Notes under the pieces: generated by a model
The model's input: only the letters and a program-made list of their open reading frames with translations
Database searches by the model: none
Told to the model about the DNA's origin: nothing
From: Lama glama
Lineage: Eukaryota
Direction of reading: 5' to 3'
Assembly: GCA_028534125.1 (NCBI GenBank)
Contig: CM052818.1
Location: 1,428,001 to 1,492,000 of the forward strand
DNA length: 64,000 bases
Part shown: positions 1-12,168 of the stretch, in pieces
How positions within the stretch are numbered: position 1 is the stretch's first letter
Layout of the letters: every line of letters begins with the position of its first letter
Made by a program: the position numbers and the translations under genes

Positions 1-580
1 TTTTGACTGGTCAAATTACCCCAAGTAGGCTCTTCTAGAATCCTTCTTGCCTGCCAGCATTTTAAGGAATCTAAGTGGGAGAAAAAGATTGGGATCTCAG
101 CATTTAGTATGTAAACTCTCTTGCTTAATCTCATTTTCAGAATGATACTTACGTTCTCAATTGTGACAGCTATCTCCCAGTCCATAGACTTTCTGGCTTT
201 TTGCTGTGGTGAGTGAAGGATAGATAGGTGGTGCCCAGGTGAAGTTAGAAAGGGAAATCTAAGGGTCTGACTGCTTCTTAAGCAACTTTCAACTAAGCCC
301 GTTGAAGCTTCATTGTCTCCTCTCCCTTCCCGGAGACACCTAGTGCTACTGATACGGGGCAAGTCACGCTGCCACTTGGCTTTCCCCACTACTTGCTTTG
401 TCTGGTTACCAGCTGGGTCCTCTGCTTTCCAGCTTTTAACATTTTGTTGCTGTTGGTCCTTCTGTACTTTTTGATTTTTGTGGGTGTATGCCTTTTTAAA
501 AAGAGGTTGTTTAGCTTTATTTTAGTGGAGTTTTGAGGAAGGAGTTTAGCTCAATCTGCCATCTTTCACTTGAAGTCATA
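1..580 (-). mobile_element. Old L1 (L1M-type) 5' UTR fragment
   Basis: Ends in 'tctgccatctttcacttgaagtc', the antisense of the YY1-containing L1 5' terminus (aagatggc). Highly diverged. Confidence 0.5.
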
Positions 581-2379
581 AGTTAGTTTTCACCTAAAGA
601 AAACATGGTAAAAGAAGGCCGTACAGCAGCAGTACTGAATAAATGGTAAGTAGCATGTACTAGTGCCTCAGTAGTTAACAATTTTTGTACTTCTGAGTAT
701 TTAAGGAAAAAACATTCCAAGTGATTATTTCTTTTCAGACCATTCATAAATAATATTGACGAAGAAAAACATAGAAGTGAAAGTTGGGGGAAAAACTACG
801 ATCTTATGATTTTACCGTGCGTGGGATATGTATTCCCTGTTTGTGTAGGATATTTGTTCTGAGCATCATGGTTTGGGGTGTAAGTACAATTCATATGCAT
901 TGTATAGGGCCTCTTCTTTTATAGTGGGGAGAAAGAAGACTGCAGGAACCGTACCTGTTCCCTGTTGCTTATATGAGGAGTTCAAAGTCTTTAAACATGA
1001 ATAACTTAGAAAGTGTGGTTAATTTTATTGATGGGGTGAGTAAAGAATTCAGAATCTTGCTTATGATTATACAGAGAAGTCTCGAAACAGAACACTAATC
1101 CTTCATTTCTGAAACCTGCACTTTTCAGATACTACTTGGCAAAAAAATTTGTGCCTTATTCATAAATTGTTTTACTTCAGTGGGATTATCAGATCATAAT
1201 TGTACATTCTAAGGTACCTATTGAAAAAAGTGATTTTTCACTAAGAGACTATCTCCCATCTCTCATGGTATTTTCTGTTTCATTCTATCATAAGCCTTAT
1301 TAACTCAGTAAATTCTGTACATGGCATATTAGTTAAGTTACAGAATTCTTTGGGTGGTTTTTCTATCATGACTCTAGCCTCTTAGATGTAAAAGGCTGGG
1401 CCTACCTAAGGAAAGCTGCTTTCTACAACTTCAGACTTCATGTACGCTGGAACTTAAAAGAAAAGCTCTTGGCTGAGCTTGAATGCTTAGCACTAAGTGG
1501 TTTTCCCTGTCTGGAGAAAATTGGAAAAAGGGAATTATTAAGCCCAGCAAATGTAGTTGTTGATGGAAATGCTGACAGGCTGGTCCTGCTTGGTGCCACT
1601 GTTGTAAGAAGTCAATCAACATTAGATGTATCGTAAGAGCTGCTGCTTATGTACAAGTTGTGTCGTGTAGACCTTGTCACATATAAATAAACCCCTTCAA
1701 AAAATGTTAAGTGATTTCCATAAAAAACATTTATTTTGTTCTCCTCCTTAAGCCAAGTTCTTGTTGTTTATGGCTTCCTGTACCCAACAGTTCCTGATTG
1801 TCTCAAAAAGCAAAACATGTCCTGTGTGGATTAAGCTGCTGAAATGCCTTTCAGGCATTGTTTATGAGTCTGCCCTCTTTATTTTCAGAGAGAAAGTGAA
1901 TACTTTAATGTCTTCCATATTCCATAAATCTGTCCCATGCTGCAATTCAAAGCTGTGTGTGTTTTTGTTAGAAGGTACTTCTGGTTGTACTTAGGGAAGA
2001 AAAACTACCTAAGAATGTGCGTGAATATTTGGGTGGTGGTGGCAGACTCCCCTAAAAAGGATTTGTACTGATTGAAAGTGCCCTTGTTTTTTTAGCCCAA
2101 GAAAGAAGTCACCAAAGGTGCTGTTACAATTAGTAGTAGTGTAGTCACTCTGATTGCTTTGCACCAATGAGTTTCCTGTTTGGCTCATCCTTTGGGACCA
2201 ATCTTCCCTCCTCCATGCAGGCTTGATGATTTACTGCTTCTGACTCCACTACTAAGTAGTATATTGAGTGTTCCTGCCTAGTGGTCTCAGTAGAGGGAAG
2301 CTGGACTTTGCTTGCTCTGAAATGAGGCTGTCTATCTCTGGAGACTGAGCAAAAAGTAATTTGAGTTGGAGGTCAAAGT

Positions 2380-3300
2380 TTACTTTTTTCTTAACATTTT
2401 ACTTTGAAAAATTCCAAACACGCAGAAAAGCTGGAAGAATTACACAATTAATATCCATATTTACCCACCATCCAGATTCTACAGTGAACATCCTACAATA
2501 CTTTAGCATTCCTCAACCCATCGCATCTTTTTTTGTTCCATAGTATGTTTGAGACATTAGTACACTTCATCTCTAAATACTTCAGCATGGATAACATGAG
2601 CTAGAGTTCAACATTTGATTATTTTTTCTTTTGAGGTAAATTTTAAATACCGTAATATGCACAAATCAGAAGTGAGGTTTTGACAAATGTGTCCACCTGT
2701 TTAACCTGACCCCTTGTCAAGATATAGGACATTACCATCTCCGCCAGAAAGTCCTCTAATGCTCCTTCCCACTTGGTCCTCTACTCCTTTCTCCCAGGAA
2801 GCAACCACTTTTTCCACTATAGGTTAATTTTGCCTGTTGTAGAACTTCATATAAATGGGATCATGCAGTATGTACTCTTATATACGGATTCTTTCACTTA
2901 ACCTCATGATTTTGAAATATCTCTATATTGTTATCTGTTCGTTCTTTTTTGTTGCTGAATTTTATTCTCATACATGAATTTAACAGCATTTATTCATTCT
3001 CCTGTTGATGGAAACTGGAGATGTTTTAGTTTTTGGCTGTCATGAATAAAGCTACTCTGAACATTGTTGTAGAAGTCTTTTTGTGGACATATGTTTCATT
3101 TCTCTTTGGTAAATATACCTGGGAGTGGAATTCTGGGTCAGAATTTTATGAGATACTGCCAAACCTTTTTGCAAAGTGGTTGTACCATTTTACACACTTT
3201 TAATACGTGAAAGTTTCACTTGCTCTACCTCCTTGCTAACATTTGTTATCAGTCTTTTTAATGTTAGTCATTCTGATGAGTGTGTAGTGGTCAACATTTA
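2380..3300 (-). mobile_element. L1 3' UTR/ORF2-end fragments (L1MB/L1ME-like)
   Basis: Antisense L1 hallmarks: 'tagaacttcatataaatgggatcatgcagtatgtactct', 'attcattctcctgttgatgga', 'atacctgggagtggaattctgggtca', 'aaagtggttgtaccattttaca'. Confidence 0.85.
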
Positions 3301-5729
3301 GTTGTAGTTTAATGTGGGAATGATGAATAAGAGATGTAAGAGGCATAAAAACAAATTGTAACAGCCTAGATAGTGAATTTTCTGCCTTACTGTTGGATGT
3401 GGATGAAGCTGTGAGTGAAGAGAACACAAAAGAAAAGTAAGACAGAAAAGTGGGGTGCTAAGGCAGGTGACAAAGGACCTGAGGATTAAGTCACTTCAGG
3501 GATTTGGGAAGAGGAATGGTAGATAGTTTAGAGAGTTAAATTTAGGTGACTTTTTTTTCCAACATGTATACATTTTAACTGTTTTGCTATCCATGGGAGG
3601 TATTAATACTCATTATTTAAAAATTTCATATTACTAATACAGGTGTATGTAAACTGGAGTGTGAGAATCATTCAAAGATCCCACTGCTCATAGATACCCT
3701 TTTAGTAAGAAGATTTTAGATTTTTATTTAGGGATAAATGAAAATCACTTATGTATATATTGTGTCGGTATATACATATTTGTATAAATGAACTTAAGTT
3801 TTATATATAAATATATACACAAACTGTATAGCCTTTCATTCACATCTTAGACATAGTTAATGTCCATAAGTATAAATTTACCAAATCATTTGAAATATTT
3901 TATATAATTCTATATGATTAGTATTATAATATATAATTTATATATACTATAATTATATACAATTTATATAATTATATAAATACCATAATGTAACTTTTCC
4001 TCTATTTCTGAATACTGGATTGTTCCTAATATTTTTAAAGCAGCCCTTTTTTATGTGTAACGGTCTATACTAGGCACTGGGTGGGCAAGGTTGAGGAAGG
4101 CCGAGAATCAAAAATGAAAAAGACATAGTTCTGCCTTCTAGGAACTCATAATCTAGTGAAACTGGGTCACATGCAAAAAAGCTTTCAAAGTAAGTATTTT
4201 TCTTTGCGGAGTGTGCAGAGATTATATGGTGGTTTGTGCAAAAATTCTTTTAAGTTTGACTTAATAGGACTCTATTGCTTGTCAGTCCTTTGTTGATATA
4301 CATGAGCAGCAAGATTGCCAAATTTTGATAGAGTTTGGTATTCTAAGAAGTATTGTAAACTAGTTGCAGTTAGGAATACAGACCTGTTCCTGCGGTTTTC
4401 ATATGTTGTTCCACAGAACCCTAGAATTGCACGAGAGCTTTATGGGGGTTCCTTCGAAGAAAGAATACTTTTAGAGGATGGGTCTCTTCCAGTGCTTACG
4501 TGTAATTCCACAATAGAATTTGAAGGTCTAAGTTATAAAACACTAGCATATAGCTTAATAGCCTCTCTACTTTATTTATACATGGAATCAAAGTAGATTT
4601 CTTCTTTATAATTTTCTTCTTAGTTGTGGTTAGAAAGTCAGAACCAAATCAGTTCAAATGTTAATGCTTGGTAACTTTGTCACGAGTTGACTTAAATCTT
4701 TTAAGATTATTGAATGAGTGAATAGCTGGTTTTCTTCAGTGCCTTCTCCTTGTGTCTAACGGGTACCTTGCAGTTTGTATTCAAGCCCGTCATCTCTCCT
4801 TTCAGAAGTACTCTAAATAAAACTTGTTTCCTTCCGAGAATCTTCTTACTGAGCTTTCTTGCAGGAGGGACAGCAAAGGAGGTGGAGAGTATAATATAAA
4901 AAGAAAAACAATGAAATGTGTCTAGGAGTTTGTGCACTTTTAACCTTACTACTGTCGGAATTTTATCTGGTTTAAATTGTGATCTTCACCTCTGTGGATC
5001 TTGTTTCTTGAATGGAATAAATAATGTCAGCCTATCGATTTGTGAAAAAGGAATCTTAGGGAGAAAGAGCAGATGGTTGGAGCCACTGTATTTCTTACCC
5101 AGCTGGGAAGGATACTGTTTTCAAATGTTATTTCCATTGTGTTTAATAGGGCTCCAGGGCCTATTTCCAGCACCTTTTTTATTTGGCCATGTGTTTTGCC
5201 CAACTCATGCTACGAAAGGTAACTCTGGTCAAGGCTTTGATTATAGGAATTAACCAGGCACTGTGACTAGCAAGATGAAAAGCCATCACAGACAGATTGT
5301 GTTAGTTTTTTTTTTCAGATACTCTAGTTAGAAATAACTTTATGAACTGAAATTAGGCCATCCTATTTCATTGCCAGTGGAGAGAAGGGACTTAGAAAAG
5401 TTGTCATTTTATATGGTTTATGCCTCCAGCAGCAAAAGCATTTTCAGTTGTTAATATTGTTTTTAGCACATTAAGACCACAATACTGTTCTGACCGGTGT
5501 ATATTAGGAAATCAATGAACGTGTGTTCAGGGGAATGCGCTTTCTTACCAAACTACATTGCCATCTACTTTTTCTGAGCTCTTGAGGCATGGAGATAGTT
5601 TTTTAAGATGGAAACTTGCATGGCTAACATTTTATATACTTGGTTAAAAGTATAGATTTCACTTTCCTCAACAGATTATCCTATGTCTACCCACACATTG
5701 GAATGTCTTATTTAGATTCTTATCAACAG

Positions 5730-6310
5730 ATTCATTCACTTAACACAAATTGAAAGCCTATATTGTATCAAGTTTTATGCTTAGAATTCAAAGGCTTAAA
5801 ATATATAGCTCTTGCCTGTAAGAAGCTTAGAACCTAATGAGCATGATAGAGTAATCAGTGATTACAGTATGAAACCATGGTGAGGTGTGCATGTGGGGTT
5901 TGTGTGCTCAAGGGGACATCTACACCATACTGAGATAAGTTTTGAGAGTGAATATAAGTTAGTTAGATGAATAAGGATGGAATCCCATTCTAGGCAGAAA
6001 AAAAGAATCTATTTCAGGGATTGAAGGTTTGCATTCGGAGAACTCCATTGAGGCCTTTGTGAAGGGTATATTTGTGGAAGTGTACTGAGAGATGAGCACA
6101 AAGAGGTATGCTGTAACTAAATCTTGACGGGCTTTGCATAATAAGTTAAAGAAGTTGGAGTTTTATTCTTAAACTTAATATTGAAGATTTTAAGGAAGTC
6201 ATTGACTTTTCAGAGTTGTGTATTTATATAAAGTTATGGGTATAAACCCCCCCTTGACAGCAGTCAGAGAATGGGTTACAAGATGACTGGCCTGGAGACA
6301 GGGAGCCCAC
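5730..6310 (-). mobile_element. L2 3' fragment
   Basis: Starts 'attcattcacttaaca', the reverse of the L2 (tgaa)n tail, followed by diverged purine-rich antisense L2 body. Confidence 0.6.
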
Positions 6311-6464
6311 ACAGAGGATCAATAACCTTGAAGCTACAGATGAAAAACCATGACTACCATGATTTTTTCCACTGTTTGTTTCTTTTTTTTTCCTATAATT
6401 AATTTTAAGATAGTGGTGGGATGAAGTATGGTGGGAACAAGAATGCTATTTGGAAAGGAATAAT

Positions 6465-6870
6465 ATTAATAATGATTAAGATTGAGTGCTTCTTGTGGAG
6501 GAGGGTATAGCTCAAGTGGTAGAGCGCATGCTTAGCATGCACGAGGTCCTGGGTTCAATCCCCAGTACCTCCTCTAAAAAATAAAATAAATAAATGAATA
6601 AAACCTAATTACCTCCCCCTTCAGAAAAAAAAAGAAAGAAAGATTGAGTGCTTCTTATTTGTTAGGCACTGTTCTAATAAACACTTTACATGAATTATCT
6701 CATTATCGTTTTATTCTTTATAACAACTTGAGGTAGTATTATATTGTTCCTATTTTGCAAATGAAGAAACAGAAGCAAAGACAAAATTAAAAAACTTAAC
6801 TTGCTAACCATCACATAGCTAATGAGTGGCAGAGCCAGGATTTGAACTTAGGCACCCATGCTCAGAGCAT
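6465..6870 (-). mobile_element. MIR SINE interrupted by a vic-1-like SINE
   Basis: 'aggcactgttcta', 'cctattttgcaaatgaagaaacagaagca' and 'cacatagctaatgagtggcagagccaggatttgaac' match the reverse MIR core. Confidence 0.85.
6495..6639 (+). mobile_element. Camelid tRNA-Ala-derived SINE (vic-1-like), full length
   Basis: Pol III A box 'tagctcaagtgg', B box 'gggttcaatcc', AT-rich linker, 'aaacctaattacctccccc', A tail. Perfect 17-bp TSD aagattgagtgcttctt at 6478-6494 and 6640-6656. Confidence 0.93.
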
Positions 6871-7168
6871 ATGATTTTTAAATATTTTTTGAAATAATTT
6901 CAGACTTAAAGAAAAGTTATAGAAGTTGTACAAACAAGTCCATTTAAATTTTACCCGGATTGCCCAAAAGTTAACATTTTACCATAGTTGCTTTATCCTT
7001 CTCTCTCTACATATAATTATATATATCATTTTTCTAAATGGTTTCAGAGTTAGTTGCAGACATAATGACCTTTTAAAAAATGCATTCTTTTATATAATCA
7101 CATCAAAATCAGGAAGTTAATATTCATATTATCTAACCTATAAATCTTACTCAATTAAAAAATTTTAA

Positions 7169-7341
7169 ATATCTTCAGGGAAATATATACAAGATCTTAT
7201 GGTAGCTCACAGTGAAAAAAAATGTGACGATGAATATATGTATGTTTGTGTATAACTGAAAAATTGTGCTCTACACTGAAATTTGACACAACATTGTAAA
7301 CTAGTCATTGTAATGACTATTACTCATTAAAAAAAAGTTAG
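7169..7341 (+). mobile_element. 5'-truncated young L1 3' end
   Basis: Similar to 21180-21340 ('gtagctcacagtgaaaa...tttgacacaacattgtaaact'). A tail and 12-bp TSD aaaaaattttaa at 7157-7168 and 7342-7353. Confidence 0.85.
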
Positions 7342-7911
7342 AAAAAATTTTAAGACCTTATTGGCTGTATTCAATGATTCGTGAATCAGGCAGCATTTAA
7401 TTTAGCAGATAGAAAGGAGCTCTCAAATTTTTTAAAAGAAATTTGTTTTGATCTAAAATCCAACCCAGGATCACCTGTTTAAAGCGTGTTCTCTTCATCT
7501 CTATTCCATACAGTCTTCCCACAGTCTGGTCACCATTGCTAATACTACTAGAATCACTGTCTCCAGTTAAACACTGATTATATTCCATTTTCCTTTTGCA
7601 GTCTTCTGTTGCCATTTCTGTCAACTCAATGGTTAGTAACTTCACGGTTCCTTTTTGTCTCTTTCAGAATTTTTTTCTCCAATTATAAATGTACACTTTA
7701 GTTTTCCTGTCACATTCTCCCAATTCATTTTATAGCTTTTATACCATCAGTGAAGTCCCATGAAATTACCAGTTTTTTTAATGTTAGAGATATTATTGTT
7801 TTTCCTGAACATCCTTTCTTCTCTCATTAAAAACACACTTCTGAAAATATAATCTTAATAGATTACAACTATGAGGCCCACATTTCCTTTCTTTACCTTA
7901 TTTCCTTTTTT

Positions 7912-8078
7912 AGAACTGGAATTCGTAATCTGTGGCCCATGATCGATAGGTCCAGGAGGTCCATTAACCCTCTGCAATCTGATATGTATTTGCAAGTATT
8001 TTTGGAGAGAGGGTCCTTACCTTTCATTAGGGTTTTAAAGTAGTTGCTAGCCTAGAATAATTTTAAGAATTATTCTGT
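7912..8078. mobile_element. hAT-Charlie MITE (MER112-like)
   Basis: 'ttttggagagagggtccttacctttcattagggttttaaag' resembles the MER112 internal motif. Termini are degenerate. Confidence 0.5.
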
Positions 8079-10710
8079 TAGTTTGTTAACTTCTAGAGGA
8101 AAGAGATTGCATCTTGGGATTTTTTGTGGATGTGTCTTATGAAATTATAGTAGGCTGCGAAACAGTAGGTCCTAGCAAGTTTTAGTCAAATGCACTTTTT
8201 GAATATTCATTGACTTGTCATTTGGATGTGTACATGTGCACATGTTAGCATATCTGTGTTCCTAATTTAAACAGACTGCTGTTGTGTATGTTTTAGCCAT
8301 TAATCGACTTAAGTTCCTTAATAAGCAGCCCCATATCCCTCTCACTGCCACCTCTTGCAGGGAACCAGTGCCAGTCCAGCCACGCTATTTCACTACTGGG
8401 CCGTGAAATCAGATAGTACACTAGTGGCAGCAGCATTTCTAGGCATTGAAACAGAAACTGGTAATCGTGTTACAAATGTTCAGCAAGCCACATTTCATGA
8501 CCAGCTTTACAAAAAAAAAAAAATGGAAAGTGTGAACAGCTGTTGGTGCATTGCATTTGCATTTCTGAAATTTCAAGTGAAGATAAAACATTAGCAGCTG
8601 TGATAGATAGATTCCTGCATTTAACCTAGTGCCTCAAGGGTGTGTAATACATTGATGTCATCAGGCTGTCAGGGTCCTGGTGAGAACTGTGGAGAGAGGG
8701 AGAATCTAATAGATGAAAATAGGTTTGGTATTCTTTTAAGTTGTTGCTTTAAAAAAAGTAATCTTGATAGTCCTACTGGAAATCTAGCAATACCCACAGT
8801 CAGTAAAAGAGCTTCTGGTATAGAATTTCCAGCGGTTGATTGTCCTTAGACCATGTACGCTTTAAAAACATTAAAACAGTTGTCTCTCTTATGGATTGCC
8901 CATTTAAAAATTTTGTCTATTCTGAATTGTATTCCTTTATGAGATTTTATTCTGCCTTTGAATGTGTTTGGGTTTCCTTCTCTGTCTTCACTTGAGGCAT
9001 TGTTGAGGAACTCTTTTATCAGATCCAAATGCTTGAGGGCAGAATTAAACTTTATTGATGAAATTACTTTAAGCCCACTTCTCATAATGTTTATTAATAA
9101 ATTATATTTTCTCTCTCCTCTAAGAGTTATGAAGTAAACTGTCAAGGAATATACCACTGTTTGACTTCTGGGCCCACTGAAACTCAACGTGTAATGCTTT
9201 GGAGAGGGTCCAGATAAAACTATTAAACAGGATTAAAAGTGTGAGGAGTAGGCTTGAAGGTGTTGAGTGCCTCAAGCTGTAAAAGAGAGAGTTGAGAAGG
9301 GGCTGGAAAGGATCAGTCTTGAGTAATAGAAGCATCTCTTTCTTCTAGGTTTGAAGGTACCTAGTTATTCTTTACTGTTGTGCACTCATTCCCCATCTTG
9401 TTGAACTACAGAAAGGAAGGTTCAGAGTTTATGCTCCGATAACTGGGAATCAGGTTAGATTAGGGCTGTGTGGATTCTGAAGCATGAAATATATTCCAAG
9501 AGTTAGCAGGATTTTGGTCCAGTGATATTAATAAAAAAGGTAAATTTAATGTTTTGTTTGTAATGGCTTTATTTTGGAAGACATATGAAGACCTTTTAGT
9601 CCAAGATTCTATGTATTTTGACATTCTGGTACTAAGACTTAGCGGAACTTATGGTAAAATAGTAAGTCATTTGAGTTTTTTTTTGTTTGTTTGTTTTGTT
9701 TCTAGCCCATTTGGGTCCAGAGCATCACTCTGATGTGTCATAAGGTGGGTTAACTCAGAACTTCTTTGTTTTGGGTTTTTGTTTTGTTTTGTTTTGTTTT
9801 TATTTTTTGGTCTAATTCTTTCCTTGTTTGAGAACGAAAACAGTTATGCAGTCAGTGGTGGTATCTTCTTCAGCTGTCTAGGAGGCAGGAAAATTTGTGA
9901 TCTGAGTCATTTCGCAAGAATATAGTTGACATCTGATTAAATAGGGATGATTTCTCTTGCTTTCTTTTAGTTAGAGCTGTTGCCTCTGTTTTGGAAATAG
10001 TGTTTGGTGGTTTCCCCTCCACTCTCAACCACTAGACCCGTTAATCTTATTGAAGACTTGAGATTTTATATGCAGTCTGTGCAGGTAGCCAGATGCCATA
10101 TGCTGTTAATTTCTGATTCCATGAAGGCTAGATCATACAGCTGGAAATGATTGAAAGGAAAAGCATGTTCTTTTGTTTAACAAGACAAAGCCTATTGTGT
10201 ACTCTGCTTCTGATGCTTAAAAGATGTATTTTTTTTCCTTACTGCATAGTATGTAAGGCTAAAAGTTTTGAACTCTTCACTTCAGAAATTACTTTTCCAG
10301 ACAAAAGAGCAAAACAATGTTTGTTTAAATTGTTCTCTGGAACATGACTGATAGTGTTTACAACATTTCTGTGACATTTTGATCCAGTGGGGAGTACTTG
10401 GAGAGGTATTTAAAGTGCTTTTCACTAAATCAGATGCTTTGTAGTGTTTGAACCTTTTAAAAAAAAATATTTGAAAGATTGAGCTGAGAGACAGAAAATG
10501 GCCAGGGCATTCTCTAAAGACTAAGAAAGGCTTGTCATAAGCAAAACTGATTATTTTTCCCCTCAGAAATAGAAAACCCACTTCTTCTTTTAACTAGAAC
10601 GAGATGCACACATACTGGTTCAGAGCTTTGTCTATTCATGTCCGCCCTTTCATAAAGGTTGTTTTCCAGATCCCACCTTCTATTCAGTGAGAATTACTTT
10701 GGAAAAAGCC

Positions 10711-10712
<2 letters not shown>

Positions 10713-10740
<28 letters not shown>
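10713..10740 (+). repeat. (TG)14 microsatellite
   Basis: Perfect dinucleotide run. Confidence 0.98.
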
Positions 10741-10744
<4 letters not shown>

Positions 10745-11839
10745 AAATTCTGCTGCAGAGGAAGCTATAGCTTGATTCAGGTACCAGGGACATATTAATA
10801 GAACATAGAGGAAAGCACTACATAAGTGTTTGTATTGAGCCAAAGATAGAGTATACGTAGAGAAATTTGTGTTTTGCACGTTGTTTTTTTTCTGACCCTA
10901 ACGTTTGACGTGTGAGTACAAGGCTTTAAGCTGCTTGAAACTGCCTCAGGGGAGCTTATGAGCTATACAGATTCCAAAACACAAGTATTCAAGTAATTAA
11001 CCCAGTTTGCATAATCAGTTACATATAGAGACTCCCAGCTTTTAGTAGTAGGTTTTTCAGGGCAGTCTGTTTAATAACATCAGACTAGTAGAATGTTTTA
11101 AAATGCTGTCTTTAAACTGGGAGAGATCTTGTTTAGTATTTTATTTTATTTTATTTTTCAATCAGCTGTGGAAATTTTGCAGCACAGAATTCCAGATGTG
11201 AAAGTGAATACAAAGTTCAAAGAACCAGTTAGTGATATGTTCTGATCATACAGCGTTTATCAGTAACACTCTCTGAATTGGACTCTGCTGAGTACATACC
11301 TGTAAAATCATGGCAGAGCAAGATATTTCAGTTTTGCTTATTTTGAGTGGCATATAAAGAAACAAGTCAACTTGATTCTGAGGATGGGATATATGTATGA
11401 GTAGGATATTAACCAAAGAAATGGAAGGAATATGTTTAAGAAGCACTCAAGCATCATTATTAAACACATTTCTTGTTGTATATTGGCAGTTTAGATAAAT
11501 TGACATGTCTACTCTCTAGGCCTTTGTTCGCTAAAACAGAAAAACACTGATATTGTTTTTCAGTAATTTCACAGCCTTTTAAAAGGTACATGTATCATTA
11601 CCATTGGATATATAGAAATTATAGAAATCAATGGGCGCTTATAGAAATGCATCTTTGTGTGTACAAGAGTGTGAAAAGTAAGTGGAGAACTTTGCAAGTT
11701 GAGAGAGCACTGATTCCAGGACTAATTAATAAAATACTTTGTATAAGACATGGGACTCTGGATTTGAAACAATATTGAAGATGGGGAGCTTAGAACTGCT
11801 TATAAGCTGTGTTGGGTCAGAGAAGAGAAAGAGAAAAAA

Positions 11840-12168
11840 GATGGGGGTATTTCTGTACTCTCTGAACATTCAGTAGTCCCTTTCTTGCTCCTCAGGACAA
11901 AATCAGAGGGCAGGTCCTGAAGCTTCATTGCCCACTTCTAGGTTTCTGGTACATTGAGTTCAGGCTTGAAGGAAGAAAAAAAAAAAAGTAAATTTACTGT
12001 CGGTTTGATGGGCCTTCAAATTCTGGTCTTCTTCTCCAGTCAGCCTGCTGTTTAGTTTTCAAAGCCCTCAAATAGCGGCTCCATTCCTTCTGTCCAGATC
12101 TTATAGCTATATTCAGTGGGAGAGATAGATTTGAGTGTTTACTCCATTTTACCTGGAAACTGGACTCC
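11840..12168 (-). mobile_element. Old L1 5' UTR terminus (L1MC/MD-like)
   Basis: 'ttatagctatattcagtgggagagatagatttgagtgtttactccattttacctggaa' parallels the L1 5' termini near 25000 and 40720. Confidence 0.55.

Noticed and set aside
4315..5253. Cluster of 76-111 aa ORFs
   Set aside because: No recognisable domains, mostly non-ATG starts, no convincing splice pattern, and lengths expected by chance.
6497..6572. tRNA-Ala-like sequence (also near 16720, 47080 and 63020)
   Set aside because: It carries a SINE tail, poly(A) and TSD, and occurs in several diverged copies, so it is a SINE head rather than a tRNA gene.
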